Positions 56,668 through 64,000 of a DNA stretch of 64,000 bases are shown piece by piece. The notes below the pieces were generated by a model. That model worked only from the letters and a program-made list of their open reading frames with translations. It searched no databases and had not been told where the DNA came from. Source of the stretch: Spirochaetaceae bacterium (GTDB lineage Bacteria > Spirochaetota > Spirochaetia > DSM-27196 > SLAA01); NCBI GenBank assembly GCA_007695055.1, contig REEM01000143.1, positions 3,812 to 67,811 of the forward strand, given 5' to 3'. Numbering within the stretch: the first letter of the stretch is position 1; each line of letters opens with the position of its first letter. The position numbers and the translations under genes are program-made.

Positions 56668-57804
56668 ATGAAGGCCCAGAAGCAGATACGCGACAGATTT
56701 GCACACCGCCCCGAGATCGTTGCCGAGATAGGCACGGCTCACGGCGGTGATCTGGACAAGGCCCGAGATCTCATAGCAGCCGCGGCAAATGCAGGCGCGG
56801 ACACTGCCAAGTTCCAGTGGGTTATTGCCGACGAAATTCTGCACCCCGCCACCGGTGAGGTAGAACTGCCGAGTGGTTCCATTCCACTGTATGAGCACTT
56901 CCGCGAGCTTGAGCGTGACGGTCGCTTCTACGCCGCGCTGCGCGACTACTGTCGTGAACTGGACATTGGTTTTCTCTGCACCGCTTTTGGATCCCGCTCA
57001 GCGGCTGGACTCATTGAGTTGGGAGTTCGGCGCTTTAAGGTGGCCTCCCCTGAGCTGAATCATCTGCCGCTTCTTCACCAGCTCGACAAACGGAAACACC
57101 GTGTAATCCTCTCCACCGGGGTGTCGCTACTCGCCGATATTGAACGTTCGGTAGCCTGCTTCTCCAAGGCCGAGCTCAGCATCCTGCACTGCATTACCGC
57201 CTATCCTGCTCCGGAACGAGAGTACAACCTGTCAGTGATAGGTGGGCTTAGTTCGGTTTTCGGCGTTCCGGTAGGCGTATCTGATCACTCCTTGGATCCA
57301 GTGCTGGTGCCAACCATGGCGACTATTCTCGGAGCTCGGCTCATAGAAAAACACATCCGACCAGCCCTGGCCGGAGACGGGCTTGATGACCCTATTGCAT
57401 TGTCGCCGCGTGAGTTCGCTCGCATGTGTGCGCGGGTGCACACAACCTCGGACCGTTTGGCAACAGGCGGCTCAAGTGTTCATGCCGAGATAGAAACACT
57501 GAAAAGCGAGTTTGGCCGGGACCGGGTAAAAGAGGTGCTGGGAAATGGAGTGAAGCGTTTGGCTGCGAGCGAGGTCAAGAATTACGGTAGGTCCAACCGC
57601 TCACTGCACGCCCTCGTTCATTTGGCTGCTGGCACGGCCATTACCCGTGAGAACACCGCGTTGCTCCGCACCGAACACTACCTGAAGCCTGGAATGCCGC
57701 CTCACCAGGCGGAGCAGATGTACGGCGCGGTGCTGATACGCGATGTCCCCGCAGGAGAGGGTGTCACCTGCGAGGACCTCGTCCAGTTCGCAGGCCACCC
57801 TTAG
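56668..57804 (+). CDS. NeuB/PseI-family sialic-acid-type synthase homologue (TIM barrel + SAF domain)
   Basis: Track ORF 56551..57804 overlaps serS. ATG 56668 starts after the serS stop. IVAEIGTAHGGDLDKARDLIAAAANAGADTAKFQ, GVSDHS, and the C-terminal SAF-like PAGEGVTCEDL. Confidence 0.75.
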   Translation: MKAQKQIRDRFAHRPEIVAEIGTAHGGDLDKARDLIAAAANAGADTAKFQWVIADEILHPATGEVELPSGSIPLYEHFRELERDGRFYAALRDYCRELDIGFLCTAFGSRSAAGLIELGVRRFKVASPELNHLPLLHQLDKRKHRVILSTGVSLLADIERSVACFSKAELSILHCITAYPAPEREYNLSVIGGLSSVFGVPVGVSDHSLDPVLVPTMATILGARLIEKHIRPALAGDGLDDPIALSPREFARMCARVHTTSDRLATGGSSVHAEIETLKSEFGRDRVKEVLGNGVKRLAASEVKNYGRSNRSLHALVHLAAGTAITRENTALLRTEHYLKPGMPPHQAEQMYGAVLIRDVPAGEGVTCEDLVQFAGHP

Positions 57805-57810
57805 AGCAAC

Positions 57811-60534
57811 CTAGGCCGGGTTCTTCAAGAAACGTCGCAGTACCAAGTTGAGAATTCCACCTTGGCGGTAGTACTCTATCTCAACCGGACTGTCAATTCG
57901 GCAGATCGTCGTGAAGCTGTTCACCTTTCCGTCGGGAGCCGTAGCAGTTACTTTGAGTTCCTGTCCTGGCGTCACATCTTCACTCAGTTCAATATCGATG
58001 CTTTCCTGACCGGTGAGGCCAAGCGAGCTGTAGTTCTCACCCGGAAGGAACTGAAGCGGAAGAATTCCCATTCCTACCAGGTTGCTGCGGTGAATGCGTT
58101 CATAACTCTCTGCAATCACGGCTCGTATCCCAAGCAGTTGCGTCCCTTTGGCCGCCCAGTCGCGGCTTGAACCCATTCCGTAGTCTTTTCCGGCCAGGAC
58201 AATGCTCGGCACTCCCTCTGTGCGGTAGAGCTGTCCGGCATCAAAAATGCTCATGACCTTGCCACTCGGCTGATGAGTGGTGAAGCTGCCCTCGGTTCCT
58301 GGAGCCATTTTGTTGCGGAATCTGATATTTGCAAAGGTACCCCGCGTCATGACGCGGTCGTTCCCTCGACGGCTACCATAAGAGTTAAAGTCCTGCACCT
58401 CAACCCCAATTGACTGGAGGTACTTTCCTGCCGGGCTGTCCGGATCTATAGCGCCTGCCGGACTAATGTGGTCAGTTGTAATGCTGTCGCCTGCCATAAC
58501 CAGAACCCGCGCTTTTTGTATGGGCCCAATGGGCTCAGGCTCCGGAGACATATCCTGGAAAAAGGGTGGTTCCTGAATGTAGGTGCTGTCCTCCTTCCAG
58601 TTGTAGATTGCCGACTCAGGGGACTCAATCCGGTTCCATTCCTCGTTGGAGTCCTCCAGGCCGCTATAGCTGTTGATGAAGGCCTCACGGTTGAGCGCCT
58701 GCGAGACGTAGCCAGCAAGTTCCTCCTCACTCGGCCAGATCTCGTGCATATAGACCGGCTTGCCCTCCTGGTCAAGACCTAAGGGATCTTTTGCCAGATT
58801 AATATCCATGCGCCCCGCCACTGCATAGGCCACAACCAAGGGGGGTGAGGTAAGAAAGTTGGCTCGTGTATGGGGGTTAATGCGGCCTTCAAAGTTACGG
58901 TTACCGGAGAGCACTCCGGCCACAACAAGGTTGCCTTCCTCCACCGCCTCCTGAATTTCAGCAGGTAGGGGGCCGCTATTTCCAATACAGGTAGTACAGC
59001 CATACCCAACCAGGTAAAAGCCCAGCGCTTCCAAGTACTGCATAAGCCCGGTACGAATGAGATACTCGGTCACCACCATTGATCCTGGGGCAAAACTGGT
59101 CTTCACCCATGGTCGTGAGGTGAGCCCTCGCTCATGGGCCTTCTTGGCGAGTAGGCCAGCAGCAAGCAGAACCGAAGGGTTACTGGTATTGGTACAGCTG
59201 GTAATTGCTGCAATTGCGACATCGCCATGAGTCAGTTCAAAGCTCGCACCGTCCGGCATTGCCACCGGCACTCGCGACTCAAGCGCTGGCCCCGAAACGT
59301 CGTATCCTCGTTTCTCCACCGGTGCGGACAGAGTCTTCTGCCAGATCTGTGGAACCTCGTCCAGGTTTATCCGATCCTGGGGGCGCTTGGGTCCGGCTAT
59401 ACTTGGCCTCACGGTTGCCAGGTCCAGTGTCAACACCTCTTCAAAGTCGGGCTCTGGCGTGTCTGCGGTGTGGAACATGTTCTGCGCCCGGGCATAGGCC
59501 TCTACCAGCGCAATCTGCTCCTCACTGCGTCCGGTCTGGAACATATACTTGAGGGTCTGCTCATCTATGGGGAAGTACCCAACCGTAGCCCCATACTCGG
59601 GCGCCATGTTGGAAAGGGTTGCTCGGTCCGGCACCGTCATGGAGCCTATTCCCTCACCAAAGAACTCTACAAACTTACCGACCACACCATGCTCACGCAG
59701 CATCTCTGTTATGCGGAGTACCAGGTCGGTTGCCGTTACACCCGGCGCCATGCTACCGCTGAGTCGCACCCCAATCACCGCTGGCGCCAACATGGAAACC
59801 GGTTGTCCCAGCATTGCAGCCTCGGCCTCAATGCCACCGACACCCCAGCCAACAACTCCAAGTCCGTTAATCATAGGCGTGTGCGAGTCGGTTCCGACGA
59901 GCGAGTCAAAAAATGCAAGCCGTGTCTCACCGTCGGTGCTGTGCTGCACTACCTTACCCAAATACTCAAGGTTCACCTGATGACAGATTCCACTGGCCGG
60001 GGGCACAACAGAGAAGTTCTGTAAAGCGCCCTGCCCCCATCGCAGAAACTCATATCGTTCACGATTCCGCGCAAACTCCAGATCAGCATTCTTCTGGAGT
60101 GCTTCGGAGGAGTTGAAGTAGTCAACCTGAACCGAGTGATCAATAACCAGATCAACTCCCAGCTCCGGGTTGATTGCCGCCGGATCACCACCAAGACGTT
60201 GCATAGCACTCCGCATTGCTGCGAGATCAACCACGCAGGGGACACCGGTGAAGTCCTGTAAGAGCACCCGAGCTGGCTTGAACGGAAGCTCAATACTTCC
60301 TGGCTGCTTTGGGTTGTAGGCAGCTAAGGCTGCGGCGTGTTCACCGGTAACACCAGGCTTACCAATGTTGCGAATAACCGACTCCAGCAGAATGCGCACC
60401 GAGAACGGAAGTCGATCAACTCCCTGGAAGCCAAGTTCTGCAAGTTTTGCAAGCGAGTAGAAGGTATAGGTCGATGTTCCTGACTGCAACTGTGACAGAA
60501 GCTGCGTATTATCAATGGCGTTGTTGTTTTTCAT
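57811..60534 (-). CDS. acnA: Aconitate hydratase A
   Basis: Track ORF 57811..60567. ATG at 60534 (MKNNNAIDNTQLL). Fe-S ligand contexts ITSCTNTSNP and GCTTCIGNSG. About 907 aa, AcnA/IRP type. Confidence 0.93.
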   Translation of the reverse strand: MKNNNAIDNTQLLSQLQSGTSTYTFYSLAKLAELGFQGVDRLPFSVRILLESVIRNIGKPGVTGEHAAALAAYNPKQPGSIELPFKPARVLLQDFTGVPCVVDLAAMRSAMQRLGGDPAAINPELGVDLVIDHSVQVDYFNSSEALQKNADLEFARNRERYEFLRWGQGALQNFSVVPPASGICHQVNLEYLGKVVQHSTDGETRLAFFDSLVGTDSHTPMINGLGVVGWGVGGIEAEAAMLGQPVSMLAPAVIGVRLSGSMAPGVTATDLVLRITEMLREHGVVGKFVEFFGEGIGSMTVPDRATLSNMAPEYGATVGYFPIDEQTLKYMFQTGRSEEQIALVEAYARAQNMFHTADTPEPDFEEVLTLDLATVRPSIAGPKRPQDRINLDEVPQIWQKTLSAPVEKRGYDVSGPALESRVPVAMPDGASFELTHGDVAIAAITSCTNTSNPSVLLAAGLLAKKAHERGLTSRPWVKTSFAPGSMVVTEYLIRTGLMQYLEALGFYLVGYGCTTCIGNSGPLPAEIQEAVEEGNLVVAGVLSGNRNFEGRINPHTRANFLTSPPLVVAYAVAGRMDINLAKDPLGLDQEGKPVYMHEIWPSEEELAGYVSQALNREAFINSYSGLEDSNEEWNRIESPESAIYNWKEDSTYIQEPPFFQDMSPEPEPIGPIQKARVLVMAGDSITTDHISPAGAIDPDSPAGKYLQSIGVEVQDFNSYGSRRGNDRVMTRGTFANIRFRNKMAPGTEGSFTTHQPSGKVMSIFDAGQLYRTEGVPSIVLAGKDYGMGSSRDWAAKGTQLLGIRAVIAESYERIHRSNLVGMGILPLQFLPGENYSSLGLTGQESIDIELSEDVTPGQELKVTATAPDGKVNSFTTICRIDSPVEIEYYRQGGILNLVLRRFLKNPA

Positions 60535-60650
60535 GGACTGCTCCTCGCCTAGGATAATAGCGGGCATTCCCTTGGAACATCAAGCGCAAGCGTGGTACAG
60601 TACGACCTACATTTGTCGGTCGGCGACCGACAGTTGGAGGTAATTGCACT

Positions 60651-63600
60651 GTGAAACCCTCAGACAATGACGATATCGACCCGAGTCTCACTTCAGATGC
60701 TGCTCGGAAACTCACTATACATCTCTCTCCGGCAGAGCTTATAAGGCTCTACACAACTATGGTTACCGCGCGCGAAATGGACCTGCTTGAGCAGAGTTAT
60801 ACCGGACGCGGAGAGGCATTCTTTCATGTCTCCGGTGCAGGGCATGAAGGCACCGCGGTCCTTGCTGAGCACCTTGGGCCACAGGACTGGCTCCACTGCC
60901 ACTACCGTGACAAAGCCCTTATGCTCGCACGCGGACTGACGCCCCGGATGTTCTTTCTTTCGCTCTTTAACAAAGACGAGTCGCATTCGCGTGGCCGACA
61001 GATGAACGCCCATATGAGCGCCCCGGACTTGAAGGTGCTCTCCCTTGTTGGCCCGGTAGGCAATAGCGCATTGCATGCAGTTGGTGTCGCCGAGGTCGTA
61101 AAAGACCAGACCGGTGCCCCAGTTGTACTCTGCGGTCTAGGTGACGGCATGACCCAGGAAAGCGAGGTGCTGGAAGCCATAGGCCATGCGGTGCGCAATG
61201 AGCTGCCTGTTTTGTTCGTTGTACAAGACAACGCCTTTGCAATATCGACCCAGACCAAGGGGCAGACCTTTTACAGCATGCCACAGGGCCGTGCCGAACA
61301 GTTCTACGGCATTCCTATTGAGTACCTCGACGGGCGCCAACCACACCAGTGTTATGACGGCTTTGGACGCATCTGCGGCGAGATGCGCCGAGATCGCGCG
61401 CCGCGGATTGTGGTGTTTGAAGTAGACCGGCTTTCCAACCACACCAACGCCGACGATCAGCGGGTGTACCGTAGCCCAGATGAAATTGCGCTGGTGAATG
61501 AGAGCGGCGACCCAATTATTCATTTCCAGAAGTACCTGATAGAGCGCGGAATAGACCGGGAGCTACTGTACCGCATACCAGATGAGATCCGCGCCGAGCT
61601 GGCCCCCATTGCCGAGGAGGCATTCCGGAGCGCCGAGCCTCGTCCGTTTTTGGCAGCATCCGCGCCACTTCCGCCTCATGTGGGCCCGCAGGCCCCGGAG
61701 TACCGTGGCGACATGAAGGCGGGGGGCTCGAGCGAGGGTAAGAAGCCGGTCACCATGCTTGAAGCAATTCGGGGCGTGCTTGGGGAGCGCATGGCCGCCG
61801 ACGAACGCGTGCATCTCTTTGGAGAGGATCTTGAGGATCCCAAGGGCGATGTATTTGGTGTCACCAAGGGACTTACGACCCGCTTTCCCGGCAGGGTGCG
61901 CAACTCTCCCTTGTCGGAGAGCCTCATAGTTGGTGAGTCCATTGGTGAGGCGCTTGCCGGTCGCAGGCCGGTTGCCTTTCTCCAGTTTGCCGACTTCCTT
62001 CCCATTGCGTACAACCAGATTGTGTCCGAGCTCGGTAGCATGTACTGGCGGAGCGACGGAGGCTGGCAGGCGCCGGTTATTGTGATGATAACCTGCGGCG
62101 GCTACAAACCAGGGCTGGGGCCGTTCCACGCCTCAAGTCTTGAGTCCATAGCAACCCATACCCCCGGGATTGACGTTGTAATGCCGAGCACGGCTGGCGA
62201 TGCCGCAGGTCTGCTGAACGCGGCATTCGAGTCGGGGCGCCCTACCTTGTTCTTCTATCCCAAGACCTGCTTGAACGACCGTGACAACGGCACCTCACCC
62301 GACCTGGAGAAACACCTCGTACCTCTCGGTCGGGCCCGTACGGTCCAGTCTGGAGACGACATAAGCTTTGTCTGCTACGGAAACACCGTAGCCCTGTGCC
62401 TACGGGCCGCCGCCGCACTGGCGTCGGTTGGGGTCGGATCCGATATCATTGATCTACGTTCGCTCATGCCGTGGGATGAGGCGGCGGTGCTTGAGTCGGT
62501 GCGCCGCACCCGCCGGGTTATTGTAACCCACGAGGATAACCACAGCGCCGGGTTCGGCGCCGAGGTGCTGGCAACCCTGGCGGAGAAGGCTGGCGTTGCC
62601 TTTAGCTCGCGGCGAGTCACCAGGCCAGACACCTATGTCCCCTGCAACTTTCCAAACCAACTTGAAGTACTCCCCTCTTACCGCCGAATCCTTGAAACCG
62701 CGGTGGAGATGCTGGGCGGAACCCTGGAGTGGGAGGCACCGATCAAGGCCGAGGCTGGAATCCACCTTGTGGAGGCAATTGGCTCCAGCCCCTCGGATGA
62801 GTCGGTCACGGTGGTTGAATGGAAGGTAAAGCCGGGAGAGGAGATAGGCTCAGGCGACATTCTGGCCGAGCTTGAGGCCGACAAGGCCGCCATTGAGCTC
62901 AAGGCCCAGGTGGGCGGAACCTTTGAGGAGGTACTGGTACCCGAGGGTGAGCTCGTGAAGGTTGGGGCGGTTCTGGCTAAGGTGAGAGTGAGTGGTGCGA
63001 GCGGCGCGGACCGCGAACACTACAAGCAAATTACTCGTGAGGATCCTGGCACGCCCGTTATCAGCGGCATCGCGGGCGGGCTGCGTGGAGCGAGCGAGGC
63101 TGTGGCCGGTGGGGCAGCCATGAGCTCGGCGGTGAGTGAGGCCGCGGTCGCTGGCAGCACCGGGACGGTGGCCGCGCACGGCAGCATTGGAATAGTCGAT
63201 GTAGTTGGAGCACGAGGCTCACGTGTTGTGAGCAACGAGGAAATTGCACAGATGTGTCCAGACTGGACTCCGGACGATATTCTCAAGCGCACCGGTATTC
63301 ACAGCCGGCCGTGGGTGGCTGAAGGTGAAACCGCTGTCAGCCTGGCAGTCAGAGCTGCGCGGACTCTGTTTGAGCGCAACGGAATGAGCTTTGCGGATAT
63401 AGATCTCCTGCTTTGCACAACCGGTACCCCGGCCCAGATCACACCGTCCACCGCAACGCTTATTCATCATGAACTGGCGGCGGGGCGCACAGACCTGACA
63501 GCACCAGCCTATGATCTTTCGGCGGCTTGTTCAGGTTACCTCTATGCGCTCCAGGTGGCCTACGACTATCTTAGTAACAGGCCCAGGGATCGTGTTCTCC

Positions 63601-64000
63601 TCATTACTACCGAGGTGCTTTCGCCCATGATCAACACGGCTGACCCAGGCACCGCCCCGATATTTGCAGATGCGGCCACGGCCACCCTACTCACCGGGGC
63701 TGCCGGGGCGGGCTCAGACTTGGGGGCTGGGGCTGCCGGGGGTGCCGGGGCCGGGAACACCGGAGCTGCGGCCGCCGGGGCGGGCAGCCCTGCCCAGCAC
63801 GCGGGTACTATCCGTCAACGCCTCCGAGTCAAACGCCCGGTACTTGCGGCGCTTGGTGAAAGCGGCGAGACCTTGCGGGTGCCTACTTTTGCACCTGGTG
63901 CCTGTATAACCATGGACGGGCCGACCGTATTCGTGGAAGCTGTTAAGGACATGATTCTCATGTTGGAGCGTGCGTGTGCCGAGTCAGGAATAACGGCGAA
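60651..64000 (+). CDS. Multidomain fusion: 2-oxoacid dehydrogenase E1-alpha + E1-beta + lipoyl-type domain + KAS III (FabH-like) domain; 3' end beyond the window
   Basis: Absent from the track because it has no in-window stop. The frame is open from the TAG at 60558-60560. The first start is GTG 60651, 10 nt after GGAGG. Hand translation gives 1116 codons with no stop. E1-alpha: aa 20-335 (GRQMNAH, GLGDG...VVQDN). E1-beta: aa 365-690 (LFGEDLEDPKGDVFGVTKGL, NSPLSESLIVG). Lipoyl: aa 703-778 (ELEADKAAIEL, K745 at 62883-62885). KAS III: from aa 844 (DLSAACSGYLYAL, Cys960 at 63528-63530). Confidence 0.8.
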   Translation, partial: MKPSDNDDIDPSLTSDAARKLTIHLSPAELIRLYTTMVTAREMDLLEQSYTGRGEAFFHVSGAGHEGTAVLAEHLGPQDWLHCHYRDKALMLARGLTPRMFFLSLFNKDESHSRGRQMNAHMSAPDLKVLSLVGPVGNSALHAVGVAEVVKDQTGAPVVLCGLGDGMTQESEVLEAIGHAVRNELPVLFVVQDNAFAISTQTKGQTFYSMPQGRAEQFYGIPIEYLDGRQPHQCYDGFGRICGEMRRDRAPRIVVFEVDRLSNHTNADDQRVYRSPDEIALVNESGDPIIHFQKYLIERGIDRELLYRIPDEIRAELAPIAEEAFRSAEPRPFLAASAPLPPHVGPQAPEYRGDMKAGGSSEGKKPVTMLEAIRGVLGERMAADERVHLFGEDLEDPKGDVFGVTKGLTTRFPGRVRNSPLSESLIVGESIGEALAGRRPVAFLQFADFLPIAYNQIVSELGSMYWRSDGGWQAPVIVMITCGGYKPGLGPFHASSLESIATHTPGIDVVMPSTAGDAAGLLNAAFESGRPTLFFYPKTCLNDRDNGTSPDLEKHLVPLGRARTVQSGDDISFVCYGNTVALCLRAAAALASVGVGSDIIDLRSLMPWDEAAVLESVRRTRRVIVTHEDNHSAGFGAEVLATLAEKAGVAFSSRRVTRPDTYVPCNFPNQLEVLPSYRRILETAVEMLGGTLEWEAPIKAEAGIHLVEAIGSSPSDESVTVVEWKVKPGEEIGSGDILAELEADKAAIELKAQVGGTFEEVLVPEGELVKVGAVLAKVRVSGASGADREHYKQITREDPGTPVISGIAGGLRGASEAVAGGAAMSSAVSEAAVAGSTGTVAAHGSIGIVDVVGARGSRVVSNEEIAQMCPDWTPDDILKRTGIHSRPWVAEGETAVSLAVRAARTLFERNGMSFADIDLLLCTTGTPAQITPSTATLIHHELAAGRTDLTAPAYDLSAACSGYLYALQVAYDYLSNRPRDRVLLITTEVLSPMINTADPGTAPIFADAATATLLTGAAGAGSDLGAGAAGGAGAGNTGAAAAGAGSPAQHAGTIRQRLRVKRPVLAALGESGETLRVPTFAPGACITMDGPTVFVEAVKDMILMLERACAESGITA

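Noticed and set aside
60693-63760. A series of about 20 minus-strand ORFs of 60-190 aa (for example 61563..62129, 61137..61523, 60693..61076) that are the only track entries over this interval
   Set aside because: All are antisense or out of frame to the uninterrupted + frame that encodes recognisable E1, lipoyl and KAS III domains. They are Arg/Pro/Gly-rich, mutually overlapping and lack family motifs. The true gene is missing from the track only because it has no stop inside the window.
1-64000. Scan for CRISPR arrays, rRNA, IS or transposase, integrase, phage or toxin-antitoxin modules
   Set aside because: I saw no spaced direct-repeat array, no rRNA-like conserved blocks, no terminal inverted repeats, and no DDE or tyrosine-recombinase-like ORFs by eye. 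The only strong compositional outlier is the AT-rich 38.70-39.06 kb intergenic region, which is covered under findings.

Overview
This is a GC-rich bacterial chromosomal window with about 60 protein genes and 2 tRNAs, mostly core functions. I saw no rRNA, CRISPR array, transposase, integrase or prophage. The gene content (PPi-dependent PFK, class II photolyase, TrpB2, CheY, sigma-54 activator, DhhP-like DHH protein) fits a free-living spirochaete-like organism, but that placement is inference only.

Layout:
- 1-5.1 kb, minus strand: tRNA-Thr, rpmG, tRNA-Trp, secE, nusG, rplK, rplA, rplJ, rplL, rpoB.
- 5-11.4 kb: flavodoxin, DHH/DHHA1 phosphoesterase, glk, a UDPGP-family nucleotidyltransferase coupled to hisI, dcd, and a ferredoxin.
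- 11.5-15.4 kb: a tightly packed aroG-type, proA, proB, FolB-like operon.
- 15.7-21.4 kb: a baeRF-like protein, a T6PP-like HAD phosphatase, and a beta-PGM::GH65 phosphorylase fusion.
- 21.5-29.2 kb: asnS, yaiI-like, manA, PPi-PFK, a DUF2779-like protein, ackA.
- 31-36.2 kb: a five-gene peptide/nickel-type ABC importer, then cheY.
- 36.8-40.5 kb: a 605-aa unknown protein, an AT-rich sigma-54 module, and an NtrC-type activator.
- 40.6-60.5 kb: class II photolyase, ABC-F, trpB2 with a TrpR-like gene, marC, rhomboid, prfA-prmC-rel-tpx-trmL-proC, LemA/TPM/NTase, serS, NeuB-like, acnA.

The ORF track omits the two edge-truncated ORFs (rpoB at the start, a giant + ORF at the end). It also omits three genes under 60 aa (rpmG, a 2x[4Fe-4S] ferredoxin, a 57-aa basic ORF). 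I recovered all five by hand translation. Many long track ORFs are antisense artefacts of high GC.

Most interesting observations:
1. One uninterrupted + ORF (60651 to the window end, more than 1116 aa) fuses E1-alpha, E1-beta, a lipoyl-type domain and a FabH/KAS III domain with no E2 catalytic core. This suggests direct 2-oxoacid-to-condensing-enzyme acyl transfer.
2. A consensus sigma-54 promoter lies downstream of an orphan NtrC-type activator. It has palindromic CCTATGC-N5-GCATAGG candidate enhancer sites upstream. It points into an AT-rich stretch of about 170 nt with repeated GTAAAAA motifs that ends at a bidirectional terminator, which makes it a candidate sigma-54-dependent sRNA.
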